From assembly GCA_045128515.1 (NCBI GenBank), contig JBGVRO010000029.1:25585-89584 (forward strand): 64,000 nt of DNA. Reading direction: 5' to 3'. Shown here piece by piece: positions 1-9,161 of this stretch. Position numbers and translations under genes: made by a program. Source of the stretch: Eubacteriales bacterium (GTDB taxonomy: Bacteria > Bacillota > Clostridia > Oscillospirales > CAG-272). The notes under the pieces are model-generated. The model was not told where the DNA came from and made no database searches. It saw nothing but the letters and a program-made list of their open reading frames with translations. Positions within the stretch are counted from its first letter, which is position 1, and every line of letters starts with the position of its first letter.

Positions 1-1021
1 TCTGAAAGAGATGCGACAAGCACAGAAGAATTGTGATGACGGCATTTTCTTTGAGCCTACGAGGATCACCTACGGTCAATGGCTCGATGTATGGCTTGAA
101 GAGTACGTTAAAACCTCAAATAAATATTCCACCTACGAAACATATAACCAACGCATACAATCACGAATAAAGCCGGCTCTTGCTAAAATCAAGCTCACCG
201 TGCTTAATCCTACACATTTACAAAGCTTTTACAACGATCTTCTTAACAAGGCAGAGCTTCAGCCTAAAACAATAAAGAACATACACGGCATTATCCACAA
301 ATCGCTTACACAGGCTCTGAAGCTCCGGTACATAGGTTATAACCCTGCTGATGCTTGCACCCTTCCACGCATAGAAAAGAAGGAGATGCACCCTCTCACA
401 GAGGATGAAATGAGGGCATTTATAGAGAAGGCACGAGAGGGAGAGCCGTTAGGCAATATGTTTATCGTTGCTTTGTTTACCGGTATGAGAAAAGGCGAAA
501 TTTGCGGTCTGTCTTGGAAGGCTGTTGATTTCAAGAGAGGCACAATAAGTGTATCACAGCAATTATGCCGGGAAAAGAAAAAAGGCGGTCAACATTACAT
601 TGACCGACCAAAGAACAACAAGGGAAGAGTGATAACCGTTGCTCCCTTTGTATTGGATATTCTGAAAGAAGTTAGAAAAGAGCAGATGATAAATAAAATG
701 CATTTAGGCTCTGCTTGGAAAAACGAGTGGGATCTTGTATTTACAAATGGAGAGGGAAGGTATATAACCCCTCAAACAGCCTATAAACGCTTCAAGGCGA
801 TTGCCGAGAAGATAGGCAGAGCAGATGCACGTTTCCACGATCTTCGCCATACATACGCAACAAACTCTATTCAAGAGGGCGATGACCTCAAAACAGTACA
901 GCACAATCTCGGTCACGCAACCGCAAGCTTCACGCTTGATGTGTACGGTCACGTATCAGAGAAAATGAAGAATGAAAGTGCCAACAGAGCACAGGCATTA
1001 TTCGACAGAATTAACGCATAA
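1..1021 (+). CDS. tyrosine-type site-specific integrase; 5' end probably lies outside the window
   Basis: ORF 11..1021, with the frame open back to base 2. The C-terminal catalytic signature is readable (ARFHDLRHTYAT ... LGHATASFTLDVYGHV, i.e. R / HxxR / Y of the phage-integrase family). No N-terminal arm-binding region is seen. The gene ends 113 nt from the 3' end of a tRNA-Ser. Confidence 0.9.
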   Translation, partial: LKEMRQAQKNCDDGIFFEPTRITYGQWLDVWLEEYVKTSNKYSTYETYNQRIQSRIKPALAKIKLTVLNPTHLQSFYNDLLNKAELQPKTIKNIHGIIHKSLTQALKLRYIGYNPADACTLPRIEKKEMHPLTEDEMRAFIEKAREGEPLGNMFIVALFTGMRKGEICGLSWKAVDFKRGTISVSQQLCREKKKGGQHYIDRPKNNKGRVITVAPFVLDILKEVRKEQMINKMHLGSAWKNEWDLVFTNGEGRYITPQTAYKRFKAIAEKIGRADARFHDLRHTYATNSIQEGDDLKTVQHNLGHATASFTLDVYGHVSEKMKNESANRAQALFDRINA

Positions 1022-1028
1022 AAAAGCT

Positions 1029-1080
1029 ATAAGGGGTAAAATAAGGGGTAAAAGCCTGTTTTACCCCTTAAAAAATGAAA
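1029..1080. repeat. TAAGGGGTAA motif x3: two tandem direct copies (1029-1052) and one inverted copy (1071-1080)
   Basis: Read directly: ATAAGGGGTAAA ATAAGGGGTAAA agcctgt TTTACCCCTTA. The second direct copy and the inverted copy also form a hairpin just after the integrase stop. Confidence 0.6.
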
Positions 1081-1134
1081 AGGAAAAGTCCGAAAAACCC
1101 TTATATATCAAGGGAATTCTGAACTTTTCCTTCT

Positions 1135-1224
1135 TGGCGGAGATGAAGAGATTTGAACTCTTGCGCCGGTTACCCGACCTACACCCTTAGCAGGGGCGCC
1201 TCTTCACCACTTGAGTACATCTCC
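1135..1224 (-). tRNA. tRNA-Ser (anticodon GCU), class II with long variable arm, CCA encoded
   Basis: The reverse complement folds by hand as a cloverleaf. Acceptor GGAGATG/CATCTCC; D arm CTC-AAGTGGTGAA-GAG; anticodon arm CGCCC-CTGCTAA-GGGTG (anticodon GCT); 19-nt variable arm; T arm AAGAG-TTCAAAT-CTCTT; discriminator G plus CCA. Total 90 nt. Confidence 0.9.
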
Positions 1225-1455
1225 GTGTGAAGTCTTTTATTAACTTGCCATAATATTATAGCAACTTTTATCTCTTTTGTCAATACTTTTTTCAAAAAAG
1301 AATAATCTTTTTCTACACCGGGCTTAACAAAATATAATTTTTATAAAAAATCTTTAAAAAATTTCACAAAACTTAACAAAAAGATAGAATTATATGGTAT
1401 AATACTATGAAGAAATATGTTCGCGCGTATTGCTCGAGCTGATGCGGAGAGGTTT

Positions 1456-2331
1456 ATGTTCGGTTACGTTAAGCCCGTTGTGGGCGAGATGCTTGTGCGA
1501 GAGCACGAGTTTTATAAGGCGACCTATTGCGGAATCTGCCGTGCTATGAAAAAGCACACGGGGGCACTTTCAAACGTCACCTTATCATACGACAGTGTTT
1601 TCCTTGCGCTTATCAGGATGCTGTACATACCCGACGGTGACTTTGCCGCCGAGCAGAGAAGATGTATTGCACATCCTGCGAAAAAACGCCCTATGTTAAA
1701 GGAAAATTCGGCTATTGAATACACCGCACGTGCCTTCGCGGTTTTGACCTATCATAAGCTGAAGGATGATCTTCACGATGAAAGCGGTCTTAAACGACTT
1801 GGTGTAACCGCGGTAAAGCCTATAGTTTCGGTTGCCAATTCCAAGGCAGCACTTGACGATCTTTCCGAGCTTGTAGCAGACCGACTTGACAGGATCACCG
1901 CCCTTGAAGACTCAAGGTGCGAGAGCGTTGATGCCCCCGCGGCCCTGTTTGGTGAGCTGCTTGGCGAAATTTTTGCATATGGTTTGCCAGAGTCCGATAG
2001 GCTTGTGCCTTATCAGGTCGGCTATCACCTTGGTAAATTCATTTATGCCGCCGATGCCGCGGAGGATTATAACGATGATCTGAAAAACGGCAGCTATAAT
2101 CCCTTTGTTCTTCTTTACGGCGGTCAACCCTTGACAAAGGAGAACAAGCAGAATATAAAATGCGCTCTTTTACTTGAATGTAAGCAAATTGAGGCGGCAG
2201 TAAACCTGCTTCCCTTTGGAACAAGAGCAACTATTGAAAATATTGTTAATAACGTAATATATCTCGGACTCGTTAAGCGCATAGAATTTCTTGACGGGGA
2301 AGTGAATAACCGAAAGGAGAAGCTCCATTGA
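1456..2331 (+). CDS. conserved hypothetical protein (DUF5685-like, MFGYVKP...YCGICRAMKK N-terminus)
   Basis: ORF 1417..2331. I prefer the internal ATG at 1456 (MFGYVKP), preceded by GGAGAGG. It overlaps the following J-domain gene by 4 nt. The family name is from memory. Confidence 0.7.
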   Translation: MFGYVKPVVGEMLVREHEFYKATYCGICRAMKKHTGALSNVTLSYDSVFLALIRMLYIPDGDFAAEQRRCIAHPAKKRPMLKENSAIEYTARAFAVLTYHKLKDDLHDESGLKRLGVTAVKPIVSVANSKAALDDLSELVADRLDRITALEDSRCESVDAPAALFGELLGEIFAYGLPESDRLVPYQVGYHLGKFIYAADAAEDYNDDLKNGSYNPFVLLYGGQPLTKENKQNIKCALLLECKQIEAAVNLLPFGTRATIENIVNNVIYLGLVKRIEFLDGEVNNRKEKLH

Positions 2332-2966
2332 AGGATCCTTACACCATCCTCGGTGTCTCAAGCGACGCCACAGACGAGGAAATAAAAAATGCTTATAGAG
2401 CTTTAGCAAGAAAATATCACCCCGATAACTACGGCGACGATAATCCTCTTAAGGATCTTGCAAACGAAAAAATGCAGGAGATAAACTCCGCCTATGACGA
2501 AATTCAGCGTATGCGTTCTGCAGGCGGCTCTGCATATAAAGGAAACGGAACCTATTATCAGAGCTACAGCGGTTCGGGAAGTACGTCGGGTGTTTATTTT
2601 GAGATCAGAAAATGCATCAATAACGGTAAATACCACGAGGCCGAGCGCCGTATTGCTGAAGTGCCCATCAGTGACAGAACTGCAGAATGGCATTATCTCA
2701 ACAGTGTTCTCTTAATGCGTCGCGGTAACGTAAACGACGCTATGCGCGAGCTTGAGATGGCGTGCAGCATGGAGCCGGGTAATATTGAGTACCAGAAGGC
2801 GAAGGAGATGTTTAACACCACATCTCGTGGCTATGGCAGCACCTATTACGGCGGAGGATACCGCGGACGCTCCTCCAGCGACGATGCCTGCGATTGCTGT
2901 ATGAATCTCATTTGTCTTGACTGCCTTTGCGAGTGTCTTGGCGGAGACCTTATTCGTTGCATATGA
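2328..2966 (+). CDS. J-domain (DnaJ-like) protein with a Cys-rich C-terminal tail
   Basis: J-domain signature DPYTILGVSSDATDEEIKNAYRALARKYHPD. TTG start overlaps the upstream stop, with AAGGAG 8 nt upstream. The C-terminus reads CDCCMNLICLDCLCECLGGDLIRC. Confidence 0.85.
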   Translation: MKDPYTILGVSSDATDEEIKNAYRALARKYHPDNYGDDNPLKDLANEKMQEINSAYDEIQRMRSAGGSAYKGNGTYYQSYSGSGSTSGVYFEIRKCINNGKYHEAERRIAEVPISDRTAEWHYLNSVLLMRRGNVNDAMRELEMACSMEPGNIEYQKAKEMFNTTSRGYGSTYYGGGYRGRSSSDDACDCCMNLICLDCLCECLGGDLIRCI

Positions 2967-3487
2967 GACAAACTAAAAAAATCACGCTGTCGGCAATGAT
3001 GGTTGCCCTCAGCACGGCAATAATGCTTCTCGGTGCAGTCATCGAGGTGCTGGATCTCAGCGTTTGCGCCATTGCATCTCTTTTGGTGGTCTTTATATAC
3101 CTTGAGATCGGCTCATATTATCCCTGGCTTGTATGGATCTGCACCACTCTTGCAACTGCGCTTATCTATCCGGGAAGTGCGGTTTGGGTAGAGTATGCGC
3201 TTATATTCGGACTTTATCCCCTAATCAAGGCATATATCGAGCGCTTGCCCAGATGGTCCTGGCTTATAGTCAAGCTTGTCTATATAAATGCTGTAATATG
3301 GGGTATTTTCTGCGTGTGCGAGCTTCTGCTCGGCATTCCCTTCTTTGAGGAGGGTGGTACGATTATCACAATAATTACCTACGTGCTCAGCAATGTTGCC
3401 TTTTTGGCATATGATTTCTTTATCATGGTTATGGTAAGATTTTATTTTGATAAGCTTAGACCGAGATTTAAGAAATTTTTGAAATAA
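2963..3487 (+). CDS. small polytopic membrane protein
   Basis: ORF 2927..3487. The ATG at 2963 forms an ATGA overlap with the J-domain gene stop. Several hydrophobic helices are visible. Confidence 0.7.
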   Translation: MRQTKKITLSAMMVALSTAIMLLGAVIEVLDLSVCAIASLLVVFIYLEIGSYYPWLVWICTTLATALIYPGSAVWVEYALIFGLYPLIKAYIERLPRWSWLIVKLVYINAVIWGIFCVCELLLGIPFFEEGGTIITIITYVLSNVAFLAYDFFIMVMVRFYFDKLRPRFKKFLK

Positions 3488-3518
3488 TCAATAAAATGTA
3501 AAGAATGGTAGTCAAAAT

Positions 3519-4844
3519 ATGACAAAAGTTGGATTTGTTTCGCTCGGATGCTGCAAGAATCTTGTAGACACCGAGGTTATGCTATATAATCTTCACGCTG
3601 CCGGATTTGAGATCACTCCCAATGAGGAGGAGGCAGAGATAATCGTAATTAACACCTGCGGCTTTATTGAGAGCGCAAAGCAGGAGGCTATTGAGAATAT
3701 TCTCGATGCTGCCTCTCTTAAGGAGTGGGGAAAGTGCCGTCACATTATTGCTACGGGCTGTCTTGTAGAGCGTTACCGTGAAGAGGTTATGCGTGAGATG
3801 CCCGAGATCGACGCGCTTGTCGGTATCGGTAGCCTTGACGATATTGCCGAGGCATGCAAGGCGGTAATGCGCGGTGAGAAATACACCTCGTTTAAGAACA
3901 AGGAAACTTCGTCTCTCGGTGGTGACAGAATTATAACTACCGGACCTCACAGCGCCTACATAAAGGTGTCGGAGGGGTGTGACAACCTTTGCACCTACTG
4001 TGCAATTCCTCTTATCCGCGGTAAGCACAGAAGCCGTCCTATTGAGGATATCGTTAAGGAGGCAAAGGATCTTGAAGCTATGGGTGTAAAGGAGATTAAC
4101 CTTATTGCCCAGGATACCACAAGATACGGTCTTGACCTTTACGGCGAATATAGCCTTGCAAGGCTTATCCGTGCTATTACCGAGGAAACCTCTATTCCGT
4201 GGATCCGTATGCTTTATTGCTATCCCGACAAGATCACCGATGAGCTTATCAATGAGCTTCGCAACAATGACAGACTTCTTAAGTATATGGATATTCCGGT
4301 TCAGCATATTGCCGATCCCGTTCTTAAGCGAATGAACCGCCATGGTGGCAAGGCTCTTATTGTTGACGCCATCAAGAGACTTCGCGACGGTGTTCCCGGT
4401 ATAATTCTTCGTACTACCGCTATGGTTGGATTCCCCGGTGAGACGGAGGAGGACTTTGCCGAGCTTTGCGAGTTCGTTAAGGAGACCCGATTTGATAGAT
4501 TCGGTGCATTCACCTTCTCTCCCGAGGAGGGAACTGCGGCCGCAGAAATGGACGGACAGATCGACGAGCAGGTAAAGCAGGACAGATATGATTGTCTTAT
4601 GCAGACCCAGCTTACCGTTGCAGAGGAGAAGACTGCTGAGCGCGTTGGCTCAAGGCTTACCGTTCTTTGCGAGGGATATGACAAAATTTCCGAGGTGTAT
4701 CACGGCAGATCCTTTGCCGATGCTCCTGATGTTGACGGCAGAGTTTACTTTAAATCATCAAAGCACATTCCATCGGGTGAGTTTGTTGAGGTGCAGATCA
4801 CAGAGGCGCTCGATTATGATCTCGTCGGAGAGGCGATAGTCTAA
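3519..4844 (+). CDS. rimO: ribosomal protein S12 methylthiotransferase RimO (radical SAM MTTase with TRAM domain)
   Basis: N-terminus VSLGCCKNLVDTEVM...INTCGFIESAKQE, radical-SAM CxxxCxxC (CDNLCTYCAIP) and a C-terminal TRAM-like tail. Sits upstream of pgsA. Confidence 0.9.
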   Translation: MTKVGFVSLGCCKNLVDTEVMLYNLHAAGFEITPNEEEAEIIVINTCGFIESAKQEAIENILDAASLKEWGKCRHIIATGCLVERYREEVMREMPEIDALVGIGSLDDIAEACKAVMRGEKYTSFKNKETSSLGGDRIITTGPHSAYIKVSEGCDNLCTYCAIPLIRGKHRSRPIEDIVKEAKDLEAMGVKEINLIAQDTTRYGLDLYGEYSLARLIRAITEETSIPWIRMLYCYPDKITDELINELRNNDRLLKYMDIPVQHIADPVLKRMNRHGGKALIVDAIKRLRDGVPGIILRTTAMVGFPGETEEDFAELCEFVKETRFDRFGAFTFSPEEGTAAAEMDGQIDEQVKQDRYDCLMQTQLTVAEEKTAERVGSRLTVLCEGYDKISEVYHGRSFADAPDVDGRVYFKSSKHIPSGEFVEVQITEALDYDLVGEAIV

Positions 4845-4860
4845 GAAAGGAAACTGCGGT

Positions 4861-5487
4861 ATGAAAAAATCATCGATGAATATTCCTAATATACTTTCGA
4901 TTGTCAGATGCCTTTTGGTTCCTGTGTTTGTTGCTGCTCTTTTATATCTGCGTGAGTGCGGTATATGGGCGTTTATCATTCCGGCGGCAATTTACGGACT
5001 TACGGCTCTTACCGATATGCTTGACGGCAAGATAGCGAGAAAATATAATCTCGTTACGGATTTTGGTAAGTTCATAGATCCTCTTGCAGATAAGTTTATG
5101 GTGCTTTCTTCTATGATCTCCATTCTTGTCTGGATGCTTCTTCGCGATGCTAAAACACTTGCCATCGTTTTCGTCTGGGTGGTTCTCGTTATTCTTCTTC
5201 GTGAGCTGGGTGTTACCAGCCTTCGACTTGTCGTTGCAGGTAAAAGCGGCATCGTCGTTGCTGCCAGCATTTTCGGTAAGATCAAGACCGTTTCACAGAT
5301 GGTTGGAACCGTACTCATAATTTTAGAGCCGGCTCTTCCTATGGTATTTGATCATTCGGTTATCTCATATATTGCAGACAACCACATTATTTCGTATATC
5401 GCAATGGCGGTTATGGCATTCACCACGATTTTCTCGGGAATTGATTATCTTAAGGCATATTTACCTTATATTGATTCAAATAAATAA
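4861..5487 (+). CDS. pgsA: CDP-diacylglycerol--glycerol-3-phosphate 3-phosphatidyltransferase
   Basis: CDP-alcohol phosphatidyltransferase motif DMLDGKIARKYNLVTDFGKFIDPLADK. The protein is a multi-pass membrane protein. Confidence 0.9.
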   Translation: MKKSSMNIPNILSIVRCLLVPVFVAALLYLRECGIWAFIIPAAIYGLTALTDMLDGKIARKYNLVTDFGKFIDPLADKFMVLSSMISILVWMLLRDAKTLAIVFVWVVLVILLRELGVTSLRLVVAGKSGIVVAASIFGKIKTVSQMVGTVLIILEPALPMVFDHSVISYIADNHIISYIAMAVMAFTTIFSGIDYLKAYLPYIDSNK

Positions 5488-5491
5488 AAAA

Positions 5492-5539
5492 ACGGCTTGC
5501 CGAATGAACCGCAGCGGTTCTCGGCAAGCCGTTTTTTTG
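5492..5539. terminator. bidirectional rho-independent terminator between pgsA and the TetR gene
   Basis: ACGGCTTGCCGA ... TCGGCAAGCCGT 12-bp stem, flanked by an A-run upstream and a T-run downstream. Confidence 0.85.
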
Positions 5540-5544
5540 ATATT

Positions 5545-6117
5545 TTATGATACGATCTTGGAAATAACCATGCCAACCTCTTCGGCAATAACCTCGGGAT
5601 CATCCATCTGATCGTTCTGTATCCAGTTGTATATACAGCCTGCAACACCGCCTGTACACATCAGGGCGATCGTATCGATAGTGGCAGTGAGAGTTATGCC
5701 TGCATCGACACTCATATGAAGTCGCTCGCAGGTGTCCTTATAATTCTGCACAAGAATTATTGCCAGAACGGAAGGGAAGAGACTGTTCTTGCAAATGTTC
5801 TTTACGATAGTCTTGTTTTCACTCATGAAATAAATAAATCTTTTTGCATACTCCGCGTAATATTCGTTGGTGAGCAGAGGCTTTTCATCCTTCCAGATCA
5901 TTCTGTCGATTCTGTCTCTGAGCAAACGAACGTAAGCGGTGAGGAAATCAAATTTATCCGAATAGTGCTTGTAGAACGTAGCTCTTCTTACACCTGCCTC
6001 GTCACAAAGCTCGTTTACGGTTATTTCATCAAAGGGCTTTTGTGAGAGAAGCTTTATAAAAGCGTCAAAGAGCGCTTTTTTTGTTTTTCTGACTCTAAGA
6101 TCTTCTTTTTCCGACAT
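5545..6117 (-). CDS. TetR/AcrR family transcriptional regulator
   Basis: N-terminal HTH RKTKKALFDAFIKLLSQKPFDEITVNELCDEAGVRRATFYKHYSDKFDF. Confidence 0.9.
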   Translation of the reverse strand: MSEKEDLRVRKTKKALFDAFIKLLSQKPFDEITVNELCDEAGVRRATFYKHYSDKFDFLTAYVRLLRDRIDRMIWKDEKPLLTNEYYAEYAKRFIYFMSENKTIVKNICKNSLFPSVLAIILVQNYKDTCERLHMSVDAGITLTATIDTIALMCTGGVAGCIYNWIQNDQMDDPEVIAEEVGMVISKIVS

Positions 6118-6335
6118 GATTCAATCTCCTTTTCGGATTTAAATAACATTTTCCATTATAATTATACATCTTTGGTCGATAAATGTCAAGTTATTTCAGT
6201 AAAATAATTACCAAAAGTGCTTTTAATGTTCATTAATGATAAAAATGTGTGAAAATAATATTGATTATATCATATTTTTGTGTTATGCTATATATTGTAA
6301 AAATACTATTATTTCTATTTCAAAGGAGAAAATAT

Positions 6336-7721
6336 ATGGCAATCAACAATCAGAAAATTATTGAAGAAATTCTTGGAATTGCCGTATCCACCGGTGCAGA
6401 TTTTGCCGAGGTATACTGGGAGCTTACAAGAAACGGAACTATTACTCTTATGGGTGGTAGAATAGATGCGATCGCAGATAACACCGTGTCGGGTGTCGGT
6501 ATCCGAGCATTTCTTGGCACCAGAACGGTTTATGGATCTACGTCGGATATATCGAGAGAGGGACTTATTAAGTGTGCCAAGGCAGTAGCCGAGGCTATGG
6601 GTGAGGGAAAGGCAGAGCAGAATATTGTTCTTAAGCCTACCACTGTTGCAGATATCCACCCTGTAAAGATCAATCCCTTTACTGCGGATAATAAGGCAAA
6701 GTGCGATCTGCTTCGCCTTGCGACAGATGCGGCAAGAGCATATGATAACCGTATCGTTCAGTCGGTAGGTAATCTTATTACTGTTGATCATACTATTCAG
6801 ATAGCTAACACCGAGGGTCTTTTCAAAACCGACCGTCACGTTCGTACAAGAATGGCGGTAAGTGCCGTTGCATCCTCCGGCGGTGAGAATCAGAACGGAT
6901 CCTGCTCTCCCGGTCGTGGTATGGGTCTTGAGGTATTTGACCTCTTTGCACCCGAGGAGATCGGTAGAACTGCAGCGGCTCAGGCGATTACTAACCTTGA
7001 GGCGGACTATTGTCCCGCGGGTCAGATGCCCGTTGCTATTGAAAACGGCTTTGGCGGTGTTATCTTCCACGAGGCGTGCGGACATTCGCTTGAGGCAACC
7101 TCTGTTGGTACAGGCCGTTCACAGATGTGCGGTAAGATGGGACAGAAGATTGCCAATGAGAAGGTGACTGCTATCGATGACGGTACTATTCCTAACGCAT
7201 GGGGCTCGGTAAATATTGATGACGAGGGTAATCCTACTCAGCGCAACGTGCTTATCGAGAACGGTGTTCTTAAGTCCTACATGGTAGACCGTCTTGGCTC
7301 TCGCCGTATGGGTATGCCTATGACAGGTAACAGCCGTCGTCAGAGCTATGCCTACGAGCCTACCTCCAGAATGACTAACACCTTTATCGATAACGGCCCC
7401 GATAAGAATGAGGACATTATCGCGTCGATCGAATACGGACTTTATGCCAAGAGCATGGGCGGTGGATCGGTTAATCCCCTTACCGGTGCGTTCAACTTTG
7501 CGGTTAACGAGGGTTATATAATCAGAAACGGAAAGATCTGCGAGGCTGTAAGAGGCGCATCTCTTATTGGTACCGGATCCGAAATTCTTCAGGACATTGA
7601 CATGGTAGGACAGAACCTTGATACCGCACAGGGTATGTGCGGCAGCTCTTCGGGCAGCGTTCCCACCGACGTGGGTCAGCCTCTCATCAGAGTTTCTAAG
7701 ATTACCGTAGGAGGAAGATAA
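6336..7721 (+). CDS. tldD: metalloprotease TldD
   Basis: ORF 6249..7721. I prefer the ATG at 6336 (MAINNQK), 6 nt after AAGGAG. The HEACGH metal motif is present and the length fits the TldD/PmbA family. Confidence 0.9.
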   Translation: MAINNQKIIEEILGIAVSTGADFAEVYWELTRNGTITLMGGRIDAIADNTVSGVGIRAFLGTRTVYGSTSDISREGLIKCAKAVAEAMGEGKAEQNIVLKPTTVADIHPVKINPFTADNKAKCDLLRLATDAARAYDNRIVQSVGNLITVDHTIQIANTEGLFKTDRHVRTRMAVSAVASSGGENQNGSCSPGRGMGLEVFDLFAPEEIGRTAAAQAITNLEADYCPAGQMPVAIENGFGGVIFHEACGHSLEATSVGTGRSQMCGKMGQKIANEKVTAIDDGTIPNAWGSVNIDDEGNPTQRNVLIENGVLKSYMVDRLGSRRMGMPMTGNSRRQSYAYEPTSRMTNTFIDNGPDKNEDIIASIEYGLYAKSMGGGSVNPLTGAFNFAVNEGYIIRNGKICEAVRGASLIGTGSEILQDIDMVGQNLDTAQGMCGSSSGSVPTDVGQPLIRVSKITVGGR

Positions 7722-7722
7722 T

Positions 7723-9069
7723 ATGAATTACGAGTTACTTAAATCAGCAATAGAAAATGAAGCAAAGCTTCAGGGTGTCAGCGAGTACGAGATCTATTAT
7801 ATGTCCAGCGAGGAGCTTTCTGTTGACACTCTTAACAAGGAATCCAACTCCTTCTCATCCGGTAATAGCGGTGGAATCTGTCTGCGCGTTCTTCACGAGG
7901 GCAAGATCGGCTATGCGGCAAGCGAGCTTATGGAGGAGGACGAGATGAGATCTCTCGTTTCCCGTGCCAAGGAGAATGCTATCGCCACCGAGAAGCCTGA
8001 TACCGTAGGTATCTTCAAGGGATCTGAGTCCTATGCGGAAATGAAAAATGCAGACTTTACTCCCAAGGGCGCAGGCGAGCTTAAGAAGCTTACCAAGGAT
8101 CTTGCAGAAGCACTTTACGAGTCAAGCGATAAGGTTACCGGTGGTACAGCAACTTACGGTGTTACCGCCTCCTTTGAGATCCGTCTTTCCAATTCTCACG
8201 GTCTTGATCTTAAGACCAAGTGCGGTATAAATCTCCTTCAGGCAATGGCTGTTATCTGTGATGACGGTAAATATGAAAATGCATATGATGCCGAGGAGAT
8301 CAAGGATAAGGATATCGATCTTTCCGCACTTGCAGGTGGAGTTGTTGAGGAAGCAATTCTTAAGGCTAATGCCACTACCGTAGAATCGGGTAAGTACAGT
8401 GCCGTTATCAGCGCAAAGCAGATGCGCACTATTCTTTCAGTTTACTCCTCTGCATTCTCTGCAAAGATGGCTCAGATGGGTATGTCTCTTCTTGCCGGAA
8501 AAGAGGGTGAGAAGATCGCCGCGGACATCGTAACCATTACCGACGATCCTATGAGAGAGGGCGTTTCTATACAGACAAACTTTGACGGTGAGGGTGTTGC
8601 GGCATATCGCAAGTCTGTTGTTGAGGCAGGTGTTCTTAAGACACTTCTTCACAATAGGGAAACCGCCGCTGTTGCAGGTGTTGAAAGCACAGGCAACGCA
8701 AGTAAGGGTAGCTATGCTTCTCCTGTTGCAATTAGCCCCTACGCTTTCTGCCTTGAGGCAGGTGAATATAGCGAGGAGGAGCTTTTCGCTATGGTTGGCA
8801 ACGGTATTTATATTACCGAACTTAAGGGCCTTCACGCAGGTGCTAACCCTGTAACAGGTGATTTCTCGCTCGAATCCGCAGGCTTCAAGATCGTTGACGG
8901 TAAAAAGGCAGAGGCTATTAAGTCCTTTACCATCGCAGGTAATTTCTTCGAGCTTATCAAATCCATTGTCGCACTCTCCAATAAGGTTGAGGTAGCTATC
9001 ACAGGTGGATTCACTACCTTCGGAGCTCCCGCGGTGCTTATCCACGACTTAAGCGTTGCGGGTAAGTAA
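7723..9069 (+). CDS. pmbA: TldD/PmbA family protein (PmbA/TldE partner)
   Basis: Starts 2 nt after the tldD stop. Lacks HExxxH but shows the shared fold signature (GNGIYITELKGLHAGANPVTGDFS). Confidence 0.85.
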   Translation: MNYELLKSAIENEAKLQGVSEYEIYYMSSEELSVDTLNKESNSFSSGNSGGICLRVLHEGKIGYAASELMEEDEMRSLVSRAKENAIATEKPDTVGIFKGSESYAEMKNADFTPKGAGELKKLTKDLAEALYESSDKVTGGTATYGVTASFEIRLSNSHGLDLKTKCGINLLQAMAVICDDGKYENAYDAEEIKDKDIDLSALAGGVVEEAILKANATTVESGKYSAVISAKQMRTILSVYSSAFSAKMAQMGMSLLAGKEGEKIAADIVTITDDPMREGVSIQTNFDGEGVAAYRKSVVEAGVLKTLLHNRETAAVAGVESTGNASKGSYASPVAISPYAFCLEAGEYSEEELFAMVGNGIYITELKGLHAGANPVTGDFSLESAGFKIVDGKKAEAIKSFTIAGNFFELIKSIVALSNKVEVAITGGFTTFGAPAVLIHDLSVAGK

Positions 9070-9097
9070 AATACTGTTTAATATTTAACAATCCCTA

Positions 9098-9126
9098 TTG
9101 ACTTTGTTGAATTATTGTGATATCAT
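9098..9126 (+). promoter_or_regulatory. sigma-A type promoter upstream of pgk
   Basis: TTGACT (9098-9103), 17-nt spacer, TATCAT (9121-9126). Confidence 0.55.
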
Positions 9127-9161
9127 ATATTTTGTGTGAAAATATTTAAGGAGAAAATAAA

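Larger units (their letters stand above)
1..1134. mobile_element. right-hand end of an integrated element (integrase plus repeat motifs) abutting tRNA-Ser
   Basis: An integrase gene reads toward the 3' end of the tRNA gene, which is the classical tRNA-targeted integration layout. The rest of the element would lie left of the window. Confidence 0.55.

Noticed and set aside
5348-5648. Small ORFs (87 aa on +, 60 aa on -) spanning the pgsA / TetR terminator.
   Set aside because: They cross a strong bidirectional terminator and overlap the ends of two well-supported genes.
6249-6335. Upstream-extended starts offered by the ORF track (tldD 6249, proS 13351, 2927, 12948, 28597, 36342, 25058, 33256).
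   Set aside because: In each case an internal ATG sits at proper distance from a GGAGG-like RBS. The extension would also encode an odd hydrophobic or basic leader. For proS it would run through the T-box terminator.
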